Below are positions 41,146-54,229 of a stretch of 64,000 nt of DNA, piece by piece. The notes beneath the pieces are model-generated. The model ran no database searches. It saw nothing but the letters and a program-made list of their open reading frames with translations, and was not told where the DNA came from. Position numbers and translations under genes: made by a program. Where the stretch lies: the NCBI RefSeq assembly GCF_009914755.1, contig NC_060934.1; one strand, given 5' to 3'. This DNA comes from the human T2T-CHM13v2.0 reference genome, Homo sapiens. The stretch's first letter is position 1. The number at the start of each line of letters is the position of its first letter.

Positions 41146-42019
41146 AAAGAAGAGGAGTTTCCAGGGAAGAGCATTTCAGGAAGAAACCCCCGTGATAAGC
41201 CTCTCTCTCACTGCTTCGATGAGCCCCAGACATGGGAGGGCAGAGACACCTACCTTTGGAGTGAGCAGGAAAAACCCCTCCAGGAATAGCTGGAGAGGCA
41301 GCCTGGAACCTTGGGTCCTCGGCTTGTTTCCCTGGGCTTTCGGGGCTCAGCCAGTGTCTGCCTGCCCACAGGGGCTCTGCCCTGCCACTGCCATTCCGTG
41401 GACCTCCAGTGCCAGCCTCAGAAGGACGGCGCAGGCACCCAAGGGCAAGAAGTTAGGGTGGAACTGGCAGATGCAGGCAAGTGTGAGAAAATGTGGAAAA
41501 CAGGCATGAAAGCAGGAAAGGTCGAGAGAGCACAGCTGGTTGGGCCGGCTGAGACATGTGTACTCTCCCAATTGTACTCTCCAAGAGTCCTGGTGCTCCA
41601 GGGACCTGGGTGGGGAAGATGAATACCCTCAAAGGTAACCTCCTGCCTGACCCCTAGGAACAAAGTAAATAAAGTTGAGTCTTCTCACAGAATGAAATGG
41701 ACAGTCACAGGGAACATCTCCTTTATTTCCTGGTCACCAGGAAGGCAGGTGGCAGCTCAGAGCTGTCACCTCCATCCAATGGTCTCCATATCCCTGGGGA
41801 TCCCAGGGGTCTTCAGGACTTGCAGGCAGGGGACATCAGTCCGAAGGTCCCTGCTGATCCCACAGTCCGTGGCATCAAACCAGGAACAGGCTGGGGAATT
41901 AGGAAGAGTTCTGATACTCACCGAGCCCCAAGAGCAGAACCCAGGCTCTCCCACTGCCATCGGGACCCATGGCCTGGGCATTGCCCAGCATCCCGAGCTT
42001 GCTTCAGCCCATTCTTTTC

Positions 42020-42450
42020 TCAGGTCTCCACACCCCAGCCCAGCTGGGCCTTTCTGTTCCTCAAGCTCACCAAACTCTTTGGAGCCTCTAGTCCTTTGCA
42101 CTCACTGTCCCTTCCCATCAGAGTGCTGTTCCCCATGTCCCCAGGGCTGACCTATGCTCTTCCTTCAGGCTTCAGCTCAAATCACCACCCCCAAGAAGCC
42201 CTCCCTGACCACCTAGCTATTCTCCATCACATCCCTTGGCTCCTTCCTGCCACAGAACTCACCACCCTCCACAATTGTCTGCTCCACTTATACCATCTCT
42301 GTTTATTCATTTACTGTCTCTCCTCCTTCTACTTTGTGGTTCCATGAGGGCTGGGGTCTGCTCTTGTCTGTTATTTTTGGCCTGGCACCCAGATTTGGCA
42401 CTAGACACTTAGGAGTCAAAAATATTTGTAGAATGGATGAACAGATGAAT
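42020..42450 (+). mobile_element. L2 3' end
   Basis: ccttcaggcttcagctcaaatcacc...gcacccagatttggcactagacacttaggagtcaaaaatatttgtagaatggatgaa. Confidence 0.65.
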
Positions 42451-42674
42451 ATGATCTGCCAAACACTTCCGCACCCATTGTTTTATTGGATCTATCAGGA
42501 GATTGCTTTTAAATAGGAACGACTGTTCCCACCCTACAGATGAGGAAAGCGAGCCCAGGGAGACTGAGTGCCACCATCACACAGATAGTCAGCGACAGGG
42601 CTGGGACTCAAAGCCACACCTGTCTGAGGGTTCTGCAGAACCCACAGGGGGTTATAAGCAAATGAAACAATTGA

Positions 42675-42870
42675 GTGTGCCTGTGTGCGCAAGTGTGTGT
42701 GTGTGCAAGCATGTGTGTGCATGTATATGTGCAGGAGTGTGCACAAGTGTCCATGTGTGTGCATGGGCATGTGCAGGTGTGTACTTGTGTGCAAGTGTCT
42801 GTGTGTGTGCATATGTGCACAGATATATGTGTGTGGACAGTGTGTGTTGGTGTTTGTGTGAGTGTGTGTC
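42675..42870 (+). repeat. Degenerate (TG)n/(TGCA) microsatellite
   Basis: gtgtgtgtgtgtgcaagcatgtgtgtgcatgtatatgtgc... Confidence 0.85.
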
Positions 42871-43294
42871 AGTGCCCCCAGGCTCCTGAACATGACTTCA
42901 CTTTGAAAGTCCAGGAGCTCATGGAACAGAAGGAGCTCATCTTTTTCACAGCTGTATGCCCAGGACATTCCACAGGGCCTGCAGTTGAGCATCAGTAAAA
43001 GTTGGCTGAACTAATTGCAAACTCAAGAGCTGTACATACATGCACTGTCGTTGTTTTAAGTTCCTTTGCTTTCTTGCCTGTGTATGTCAAAGGAATGAAC
43101 ACACCTGAGTCTCTAGAGACAAAATTACCAATAGTTTAGGGTTAAAAAATGAATGTATTTACATGGAAGGCATGGGGCATGGAACCAATACAAGCTTCTG
43201 ATTCCTTTGTAATGGCTATACACACTTATACACACTTCCCATCTGGGTCTTCTCCATCCTGCCTCTATGCTCACCTCTATATTAGAAGATGGAT

Positions 43295-43407
43295 GGATGT
43301 GTGTGTGTCTGTGTGTCTGTCGGGGGAGCTCTTGTGTCTGAGCATCTATGTGTCTGTGTGTAATATGTTAGTATGCCAGTATATGGCATGAATGTACATG
43401 TGGGTTT

Positions 43408-43441
<34 letters not shown>

Positions 43442-43578
43442 TGTGAGTGTCTGCATAATGGAGTCTGTGTGTGTGTGTCCGGGGTGTCTGTGTATGTGTG
43501 TGTACAGACCTGTTGTGATAGGTTGTTCCTGAGACTGTTTATACCTGTGTCTCTACAAGAAGATCCAAGTGTGTGTGT

Positions 43579-43625
<47 letters not shown>
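43295..43625 (+). repeat. Compound TG microsatellite, pure (TG)21 at 43584-43625
   Basis: Direct reading. Confidence 0.9.
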
Positions 43626-43632
<7 letters not shown>

Positions 43633-44379
43633 CCTCCCCTCCAGAGTGAAAACTGACAAGACAGAGACCAGGCCAGCTCTTTCTGTTTTCCTTCACTGGC
43701 CACTCCTATGTGTCCAATAATCACAACCAACTAATTTGTTCATTAACAGAAGGAAAGCTCAGAACACCCTTGGGTCCCTGTCCACACAATCTCCCAGTAT
43801 CACAGAGATGTGCAGCCCAGCACAGATAGCACAAGGGAGAAGCTCCCATTCTCTACCACATGGCTGCTGGCCCACCTCCCTCCCAGCCCGCAACCACTGA
43901 GACCCCACCGTGCAAAGGCAGCCTAAGTTTTCATGGCTCTGCTCAGGATGGTGGTGCAGCCACCAGCTCTGGGTCAGGCCCCTATAGTGCTAGTTCCTCC
44001 CCACCCCCTCTGTCCTCTATCTGCTTATGCAGAGCACGTCCTACAGTCAGTGCAGAAGCAGGAACTGTCTGCAGAGCTCCCAACACTGGCCGCCTCTGTC
44101 CTCGCCAACAACCGCGGACTGTTCCAGCCCCACAAACGCTTCCGTGGCTTTGTATCCATTAAAGGCACAATCTTGCTCAACCAATTAATGAAGCACCTTC
44201 TCTCACCCAATTCTCAAGTTTCCCCAGAGCCAAATGTAAAGTCTATACAATAATTAACACAGCCCGCTGTTTGATAAAGGAAGGCTTACATCTTTAATAA
44301 TTCTCAATGAAGGAACATCCTGTGAAGGAATTGTTTAATTAAAAGACAACAATGGGATAAAAGGTAAATAAGAAGGAAA

Positions 44380-44416
44380 AGAGAGAGAGGGAGAGGGATA
44401 GAGAGAGAGAGAGAGA
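44380..44416 (+). repeat. (GA)n microsatellite
   Basis: agagagagagggagagggatagagagagagagagaga. Confidence 0.8.
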
Positions 44417-45838
44417 TCACATCTGTTAATTCAGAACTAAATAAATATCCCCCACTTGAGATTCCTTACTTTCTTAGAATCCAGATATACTTGTTTAGCA
44501 TGCAAATGTATTCTGTCATTAAACATGTTTGAAAAATGAGCAACTGTACTTTGACTAATTTTGTATCTCTCTGCTTAAAGAACAGCTGTCACGTCCCAGA
44601 GAGCATGGGGATCCCAGCTCTGAAACAGTGACTCCACTTCTCCAGGGCAAATTAGAGATTGCTGGGAGGAACTTCAGCTGAAAACTTTGGGGGTTCATGG
44701 TTGAGGGCAGGCCAGAGTGGGGACTTCTGCTCCCAGGGAAATGGAGTAGACATACTTTTTCCTTATTCTCCCCACTAAGTACAACTAAAAAGCCCAAACA
44801 TTGTACAGAAAACAAACATAAGAAGAGTCTGGGGATTATTCAATGAAGAGAAGAAGGCAGACCAGCTCAGGACCTCAGGACCTGAGGAATGACATGATGT
44901 TGAGGTCTGGAGTTTGCTTTTTGCCTCATATTTTGCAGACTTGCAGCAGAAAACTCAGCAACCCAGAAAGATCAATAGATGCAGGCAAAAAAAAAAATGC
45001 TATCAACAGAAGTCCTGCTCTATCTAGCCAAAGGTCCAGGAAAGGGGTAGGCTACCAAGACAGAAAACTTTCAGATAATTGCCACCACACTCCAGCCAAA
45101 CACTCCAGAAAGGAAGTGCGGTTTCACCTCCCCAACACCAGCAAAGCCCGAGTGCAGATCCCAGACTCCCCATCTTCACCAGGCTGAAATGAAGTCCCCA
45201 TTTGCCCAGCTGGGTCATATCCAAAAGGGTTTAGTATAGAGTCAGAATTTATACCACTGCCATAAAGAGTTCACAAACACACCGCCCCCCTACATGGTGT
45301 CAGTGAAGGCCATCTGGGGAGCAGTAACGATGCATCCCTACTTCTCCCAGCCAGGGAAGGGTCAGTGGTGGCTTCAGTAGGGAGCCAGAACTTCCACATC
45401 TTCCCAGCAGCAACACAGAACCTCCACCTCAGGTTTCAAAGGAAACCAAGAGGAGAACCTGGACTTCATTTGGAACCTGGAACCCTCATTTGACAATAAT
45501 GAGACAGCAACCCCCTCACCAGAGTAGTATCAGAAGAAACCAGCTAAAACAGAAGGCGTAAGGAAGACCCATGAGCCTCATAACGTAATTCCCCAGAATT
45601 TCCAGGTTTCAAATGAAGATCACTATTCACACAAAGATCCAGGAAGAACTCAAACTGAATCAATCAATAGATTCCAGCGCTGAGATGATGAAATCATAAA
45701 GAACAATCTGACAAAAATTTTTAAACAGCTAGCATAAAAATGCTTCCATGGGCAATTGCAAATGTATTTGAACCAAATGAAAAAAGAAAATCTCAGCAAG
45801 GAAATACAATATATAAAGAAGGACCAAACAAAAAAAAA

Positions 45839-46172
<334 letters not shown>

Positions 46173-46226
46173 TAAAGCTCAGTTGAAAGAGGAGACAGCA
46201 GAAAGAATCAGTGACCTAAAAGATAT

Positions 46227-46517
46227 GGCCGTGCCTGGTGGTGACGCCTATAAACCCAGCACTTTGGGAGGTCGAGGTGGGGGAATCACTTGAGGCCAAG
46301 AGATCAAGACCAGCCTGGGCAACATGGAGAAATCCCATCTCTACTAAAAATGCCAAAAAAAAAAAAAATAGTGGGCATGGTGGTGCACACCTGTAGTCCC
46401 AGCTACTTGGGAGAACTTCTTGAACCTGGGAGGCAGAGGTTGCCGTGAGCTGAGATCACACCACTGCACTCCAACCTGGGCAACACAGTGAGACTGTGTC
46501 TTAAAAAATAAAAAATA
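46227..46517 (+). mobile_element. AluJ
   Basis: cacttgaggccaagagatcaagaccagcctgggcaacatgg; TSD aaaagatat at 46218-46226 and 46518-46526. Confidence 0.9.
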
Positions 46518-48114
46518 AAAAGATATAATAATATACATTACCCAGTCTAAACAACAGAGACAGAATAGACTGAAATTTTAAAAAAATGAACATAGCCTCA
46601 GGAACCTGTGAGACTATGAAAAAAAAAAAAGATCTAACATTTGTGTCATTGGAGTCCTGGAAGGAAAGGAGAAAGAAGATGGGGCTGAAAAAGTACTTGA
46701 AGAAATAATGGCTACAGGGAAACATGACAGACAGGAGGCAGGTCAAGACTGCAGGTCTAGACAGAGCAATACAGAGGCTTGCATTGTGAATTTTAGCTCC
46801 AGATTGACTCCAAGAACAAACCAGCAATTCCGAGAGGACCCACAGACCCTCTGAAGGAAGCAAACTGCTTCTGCAGGACCCAAGAGACACCCCAAATACT
46901 GTGAATATCCCAACTCCAGAAGTGGGAAAGGGAGACCCTCCTCTCCTGAACACACCCCCACTGGAGAAGCTGAAGGTCTGTTTGTGGGAGAAGTTTCCGC
47001 CTTTACCTGGAGCTGAATCAAGTTAGAGGACCGAGTGAAATACAGGGGTATAGGAAGCAGCAGAAGGCCCTGGGAGCTCACTGGGTCCCCTAGTGGCCCA
47101 TTCCTTCCTGGAACCACAGGGATCCATCAGGATGGCAGACAGAGAAGCAGGGGGTAAAACTCCACAGGGAGAAGGAATTCTCTAGCTGAACTTTTTAACA
47201 ATTTGAGCGGGGTGAGAAGACTCCTGGCCAGAACTTGGGGAAGGGCACAAATCTGGTGTTCAGACTTCACAGGCTGGGCAAGAACCAAGCCCTTTTCTCT
47301 CCCAGGTGGGAGGCAGATAGCCTTGGGCAAATTTTCAAGCCCATCTCGCACTCTGCCTGGAAACAGACTCAGGGCTATTGTGGCGGGCACCGTGAGAGTG
47401 AGACCAGCCCTTCAGTTTGCGTGGGAGTTGGGTGAGGCCTGTGACTGCCAGCTTTCTCCCGCTTCCCTGACAACCTGCATAACTCATCAGAGGCAGCCAT
47501 AATCCTCCTAGGTACACAACTGCAGTGACCTGAGAATCTCACCCCCATCCCCCACAGCAGCCACAGCAAGACTGGCCCAAGGAGAGTCTGAGCTCAGACA
47601 CGCCTAGCCCCGCCCCCACCTGATGGTCCTTCCCTACCTACCCTGGTAGCAGAAGACAAAAGACATATAACCTTGGGAGTTCTAGAGCCCCGCCTAGCAC
47701 CGGTCCCTCTCCACTGTGCTACAGCTGATGCTTTCCAGAAAGCATCACCTCCTGGCAGGAGACCAACCAGCACAAAGATAGAGCATCAAACCACCAAAGC
47801 TAAGGAATCTCACAGAGTCCACTGCACCCTCTGCCACCTCCACCAGAACAGTTGCTGGTATCCATAGCTGAGAAACCCACAGACAGTTCACATCACAGGA
47901 CTCTGTGCAGACAACCCCCAATACCAGCCCCGAGCCGGGTAGACTCGCTGGGTAGCTAGACCCAGAAGACAGACAGCAATCACTGTAGTTCGGCTCACAG
48001 GAAGCCACATCCACAGGAAAAGGGGGAGAGTACTACATCAAGGGAACACCCCATGGGACAAAAGAATCTGAACAACAGCCTTAAGTCCTAGACCTTCCCT
48101 CTGACAGACTACCC

Positions 48115-48588
48115 AAATGAGAAGGAACCAGAAGACCAACCCTGGTAAATGACAAAACAAGGCTCTTCAACACCCCCAAAAAAATCACACTAGTTCACCA
48201 GCAATGGATCCAAACCAAGAAGAAATCCCAGATTTACCTGAAAAAGAATTCAGGAGCTTAGTTATTAAGCTAATCAGGGAAGGACCAGAGAAAGGTGAAG
48301 CCCAATGCAAGGAAATACAAAAGAATGATACAAGAAATGAAGGGAGAAGTATTCATGGAAATAGTTAGCTTAAAGAAAAAAAATTCAGGAAACTTTGGAC
48401 ACACTTCTAGAAATGCAAAATGCTCTGGGAAGTCTCAGCAATAGAACTGAAAAAGTAGAAGAAACAAATTCAGAGCTTGAAGACAAGGTCTTTGAATTAA
48501 CCCAATCCAACAAAGACAAAGATAGAAGACTAAGAAAATATGAACAAAGCTGCCAAGAAGTCTGGGATTATGTTAAATGACCAAACCT
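48115..48588 (+). pseudogene. Disrupted L1 ORF1p N-terminal/coiled-coil part
   Basis: ORF 48395-48580 ...SELEDKVFELTQS...YEQSCQEVWDYVK; frameshifts and stops. Confidence 0.85.
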
Positions 48589-51500
48589 TTATGTGCATAA
48601 AGACTCACATAAACTTAAAGGGTGGAAAAAGGCATTTCATGCAAATGGACACCAAAAGCGAGCAGGAGTAGCTATTCTTATATCAGACAAAACAAGCTTT
48701 AAAGCAACAGCAACTAAAAGAGACAAGGAGGGACAGTGTATAATGGCAAAAGGCCTTGTCCAATGGGAAAATATCACAATCCTAAACATACATGCAGCTA
48801 ACACTGGAGCTCCCAAATTTATAAAACAATTACTAATAGACCTAAGAAATGAGATAGACAGCAACACAATAATAGTGGTGGACTTCAATACTCCACTGAC
48901 AGCACTAGACAGGTCATCAAGACCGAAAGTCAACAAAGAAACAATGGATTTAAACTATACCTTGGAACAAATGGACTTAGCAGATATATACAGAACATTC
49001 AATCCAGCAACCGCAGAATACACATTCAACAGCGCATGGAACTTTTTCCAAGATAGACAATATGATAGGCCATAAAATGAGTCTCAATAAATTTAAGAAA
49101 ATTCAAATTATATCAAGCACTCTCCCAGTCTACAGTGGAATAAAACTGGAAATAAACTCCAAAAGGAACCTTCAAAACCATGCAAATCCATAGAAATTCA
49201 ATAGCCTGCTCATGAATGAGCATTGGTTTGAAAACAAAATCAACATGGAAATTAAAAAATTCTTCAAACTGAATGACAATAATGACACAACCTATCAAAA
49301 CCTCTGGGATACAGCAAAGGCGGTGCTAAGAGGAAAGTTCATAGCCCTTAATGCCTACATCAAAAAGTCTGACAGAGCACAGACAATCTAAGGTCACACC
49401 TCAAGGAACTAGAGAAACAAGAACAAACCAAACCCAGAAAGAAAATAACCAAGATCAGAGCAGAACTAAATGAAACTGAAAAAAAAAAAAGACAAATGAA
49501 ACAAAAAGCTGGTTCTTTGAAAAGATAAATAAAATTAATAGACCATTAGCAAGATTAACCAAGAAGAGAGAAAATCTAAATAACCTCACTAAGAAACAAA
49601 ACAGTAGATATTACAACTGATACCACTGAAATACAAAAGATCATTCAAGGCTACTATGAACACCTTTATGCACATAAACTAGAAAACCTAAAAGAGATGG
49701 ATAAATTCCTGGAAAAATACAACCATCTTAGCTTAAACCAGGAAGAATTAGATACCCTGAACAGATCAACAACAAGCAGTGGGATTGAAATGGTAAAAAT
49801 TACCAACAAAAAAAAGTCCAGGACCAGACGGATTCACAGCAGAATTCTACCAGAAATCAAAGAATTATTGGCATCAATCCTTCTGACACTATTCCACAAG
49901 AAAGACAAAGAAGGAACCCTCCCTAATTCATTCTTTGAAGCCAGCATCACTCTAATACCAAAACCAGGAAAGGACATAACCAAAAAAGAAAACTACAGAC
50001 CGATATCCTTGATGAACATAGATGCTAAAATCTTAACAAAATACTAGCTAACCAAATCCTACAACATATCAAAAAGATAATCCACCATGATCAAGTGGGT
50101 TTCATAAATGGGATGCAGGGATGGTTTAACATATGCAAGTCAATAAATGTGATGGACAACATAAACAGAATTAAATATAAAAATCACACAATCATCTCAA
50201 TAGGTGCAGAAAAAGCATTTAACAAAAATCCAGCATCGCTTTATGATTGAAACTCTCAGCAAAATCAGCATACAAGGGACATACCTTAATGTAATAAAAG
50301 CCATCTATGACAAACCCACAGCCAACATAATACTGAATGGGGAAAAGTTGAAAGCATTCCCTCTGAGAACTGGAACAAGACAAGGATGTCCACTCTCACC
50401 ACTCCTTTTCAACGTAGTACTGGAAGTCCTAGCCAGAGCAATCAGACAAGAGAAAGAAATAAAGGGCATCCAAATCGGTCAAGAGGAAGTCAAACTGTCA
50501 CTGTTTGCTGACAATATGATCATTTACCTTGAAAACCCTAAGGACTCCTCCAGAAAGCTCCTAGAACTGATAAAAGAATTGAGCAAAGTTTCCAGATACA
50601 AGACTAATGTGCACAAATCAATAGCTCTTCTATACACCAACAGCAACCAATCAGTGAATCAAATCAAGAACTCAACCCCTTTTCCAATAGCTGCAAAAAA
50701 TAAATAAAATACTGAGGAATATACCTAACAAAGGAGTCAAAGACCTCTACAAGGAAAACACTGCCGAAAGAAATCACAGACGACACAAACAAATGGAAAA
50801 ACATCCCATGCTCATGGATGGGTAGAATCAATATTGTGAAAATGACCATACTGCCAAAAGCTATCTACAAATTCAACGCAATCCCCATCAGAATACCGCC
50901 ATCGTTCTTCACAGAATTAGAAAAAAAAAAAAAATTCTAAAATTCATGTGGAACCAAAAAAGAGTCCACATAGCCAAAGCAAGACTAAGCAAAAGGAACA
51001 AATCTGTAGGCATCACATTACCTGATTTCAAACTATACTGTAAGGCCATAGCCACCAAAACAGAATGGTACTGATATAAAAATAGGCACATAGACCAATG
51101 GAACAGAATAGAGAAACCAGAAATAAACCCAAATACTCACAGCCAACTGATCTTTGACAAAGCAAACAAAAAAATAAAGTGGGGAAAGAAAACCTCCCTA
51201 ATTCATTTTCAACAATTGGTGCTGGGATAATTGGCTAGTCACAGGAGGAGAGTGAAACTGAATCCTCATCTATCACCTTATACAAAAATCAACTCAAGAT
51301 GGATTAAGGACTTAAACCTAAGACCTGAAACTATAAAAATTCTACAAGATAACATTGGAAAAACTCTTCCAGACATTGGCTTAGGCAAGGATTTCGTGAC
51401 CAAGAATAAAAAAGCAAATGCAATAAAAACAAAGATAAAAAGCTGGGAACTAATTGAACTAAAGAGCTTTTGCATGGAAAAAGGAACAGTCAGCAGCATA

Positions 51501-52230
51501 AACAGACAACCCACAGAGTGGGAGAAAATCTTCACAATCTATACATCTGACAAAGGACTAATATCCAGAATCTACAACAAACTCAAACAAATCAGTAAGA
51601 AAAAAAAATGAACAATCCCATCAAAAAGTGGGCTAAAGACATGAATAAGCAATTCTCAAAAGAAGACATACAAATGGCCAACAAACATATCAAAAAAATG
51701 CTCAACATCACTAATGATCAAGGAAATGCAAATCAAAACCACAATGCAATACCACCTTACTCCTGCAAGAATGGTCATAATAAAAAAAAATTTTTTAAAA
51801 AGTAGATGTTGGCGCAGATGTGGTGAACAGGGAACACTTCCACACTGCTGGTGGGAATGTAAACTAGTACAGCCACTATGGAAAACAGTGTGGAGATTCC
51901 TTAAAGAACTAAAAGTAGAACTACCATTTGATCCAGCAATCGAACTACTGGATTTCTACACAGAAGAAAAGAAGTCATTACTCGAAAAAGATACTTGCAC
52001 ACACATGTTTATAGCAGCACAATTCACAATTGCAAAATCATGGAACCAACCCAAATGCCAATCAATCAATGAGTGGATAAAGAAACTGTAGTATATATAT
52101 GCAGCCATAAAAAGGAATGAATTAACAACATTTGCAGTGACCTGGATGAGACTGGAGACTATTATTCTAAGTGATGTAATTCAGAAATGGAAAACCAAAT
52201 GTCATATGTTCTCACTGATATGTGGGAGCT
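48589..52230 (+). pseudogene. Disrupted L1 ORF2p (endonuclease, RT, C-terminal domain)
   Basis: EN: AGVAILISDK, DFNTPL (48593-49075); [15 protein letters not shown] (49697-50047); RT: [19 protein letters not shown] (50204-50707); [14 protein letters not shown] (51714-52091); multiple frameshifts. Confidence 0.95.
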
Positions 52231-52458
52231 AAGCTATGAGGACACAAAGCCACAAGAATGATACAATGGACCTTGGGGACTTGGGGGGAAGAGTGAGAGG
52301 GGGCAAGGGATAAAAGACTACAAATATGGTGCAGTGTATACATGGATGATGGGTGCACCAAAATCTCACAAATCACCACGAAAGAACTTATTCATGTAAC
52401 CAAATAACACCTGTACCCCAATAACTTATGGAAAAAAAAGAAATAATGGCTGAAGGAG

Positions 52459-52546
52459 TTGCCCACAACCACAGACTGTTCCAGCCCCACAAATGTTTCC
52501 ATAGTTTTATCTCCATTAAAGGCACAATCTTGCTCAACCAGTTAAT
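52459..52546 (+). repeat. 88-bp templated copy of unique sequence 44102-44189
   Basis: Gapless, 12 mismatches by manual count. Confidence 0.9.
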
Positions 52547-53101
52547 TATACTGGACCACTTCCATCAGAGAAGTGGCAGCATTTTGCCCTTACTGGAATA
52601 GCCACTTAGTCCAGATACGGATTTGCTATGCCTGCACACAATGCTTCTGCAAAAGCTACCATCCGTGGACTTATCCTCTGTCACAGTATTCCACACAGCA
52701 TTGCTACTGACCAGGAAACTCATTTCACAGCCAAAGAAGTGTGGCAGTGGGCTCATGCTAATGGAATTCACTGGTCTTACCATGTTACCCATCATCTTGA
52801 AGCAGCCAGCTTGACAGAATGATGGGATAGCCTTCTAAATACTTAGTTACACCACCAGCTAGGTGACAGTACCTTGCAGAGCTGGGACAACATTCTCCAG
52901 AAGGCTGTATATGCTCTAAATCAGCACCCAGTATGTGGTACTGTTTCTTCCGTAGCCAGGATTCACGGGTCCAGGAATCAAGGGATGGAAATGGGAGTGG
53001 CACCACTTACCATTACCCCAAGTGACCCACTAGCAAAATTTTTGCTTCCTGTTACTGCAACTTTATGCTCTGCTGGCCTAGAGGTCTTAGTTTCAAAGGG
53101 A
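52547..53101 (+). mobile_element. ERV-L (HERVL/ERVL-B4-like) internal fragment: integrase core to start of the dUTPase region
   Basis: HSIPHSIATDQETHFTAKEVWQWAHANGIHWSYH..HHLEAA (52628-52822); LQKAVYALNQ..RIHGSRNQG (52874-). Confidence 0.9.
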
Positions 53102-53704
53102 CTGTCCTTGGGCAACAACTCCAGGCTTCCCAGCCTTTGGACTCCAGTACTTACCCCAGTGGCCCCCTGGTCTTCAGGCCTTTGGCCTTAAAGTGTGAGT
53201 GACACCATCCACTTCACTGGTCCTAAGACCTTCAGACTTGGACTGAGCCACACTACCAGCATCCCAATGTCTCTGGCTCAAAGACAGCCTGTCATGGGAC
53301 TTCTCAGCCTCCATAATCATGTGAGCCAATCCCAGACGATAGATATATAATAGATGATAGATAGATGAGAGAGGATTTATTAGGGGATTAACAAATATAT
53401 CGAAAACTGCTAAAACTTCAGTTGTAATCAAAGCAATGCAAATTAAAAGAGGATGCCATTTTTCACCACTCAGTTAAAGAACATGCAGTGCTGGGGAGAC
53501 TGGTAAAAGGAACACTTTTATCCCCTCTCATCTATCTATCATCTGTCTACCGTCTATCTATCTACCACCTATCTATCCATCTGTCTATCCATCTATCTGT
53601 CTACCTATCTATCTAGCTATCTGTCTGTCTATCTATCATCTATCTATCTATAATCTATCTATCTGTATCCTATTGGTTCTCTTTATCTGGAGAACTTTAA
53701 TACA
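53102..53704 (+). mobile_element. MLT2B-like LTR 3' half with (CTAT)n and a complex internal insertion
   Basis: gcctttggactcc...ggactgagccacactaccagcatccc...gggacttctcagcctccataatcatgtgagccaat...tcctattggttctc..tctggagaac..taataca. Confidence 0.9.
53388..53517 (+). repeat. 130-bp inverted copy of 54738-54869
   Basis: 9 mismatches plus a 2-bp indel by manual count. Confidence 0.9.
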
Positions 53705-54229
53705 AACTCAAATAGAAAAATGCCCAGGATATATAGCTAAATGAAAAAAAAATGCATACTATAACACAATCTTTGTTTTAAAAAAAGAATAAATAATAAC
53801 TATATGACACCATGTATGTGGGAAAAGGTGGACAGATACATATTGAACTCTTGACAGTGGTTATCTCTGAAGAGGGTGAGACAAAGCCAAGTCCACTTTC
53901 AACTGCATGTGAATCTATCATGGCTGAAGTTAATATAACTTTCTCTTGTTTTTCAACAGAAGAAAAGCATTCCAATCACTTCTTGAGAAAAAGAGACAGT
54001 AATAAATAACCAAATGTGAAACAAAAAAAAATTCCAGACATGAAGAAAATACAATCGAGTGGTTATTTTCCAGCATGGCTTATCTTCAGAAATCATCCCT
54101 TTGTTTTCCACAAAGTGGATTTTAGATAAAAATACCACACAAGATAAGTAGTTCTTTGACTCAGTTTTGCTAACCATGGCACCTCTGTTCCAGTGGCATC
54201 CGGCCTCCTTTTATATCCTCAAGTCAATG

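Larger units (their letters stand above)
46714..52437 (+). mobile_element. Near full-length L1PB1-like LINE-1 with an internal ORF1/ORF2 deletion
   Basis: 14-bp TSD aagaaataatggct (46700-46713, 52438-52451); long 5' UTR; L1PB-type 3' UTR (gaatgatacaatggac..ggggacttgggggg...caccaaaatctcacaaatcacc). Confidence 0.95.

Noticed and set aside
46714-52437. Active LINE-1
   Set aside because: Old subfamily, many frameshifts and stops, internal deletion, RT motif reads FADNM instead of FADDM.
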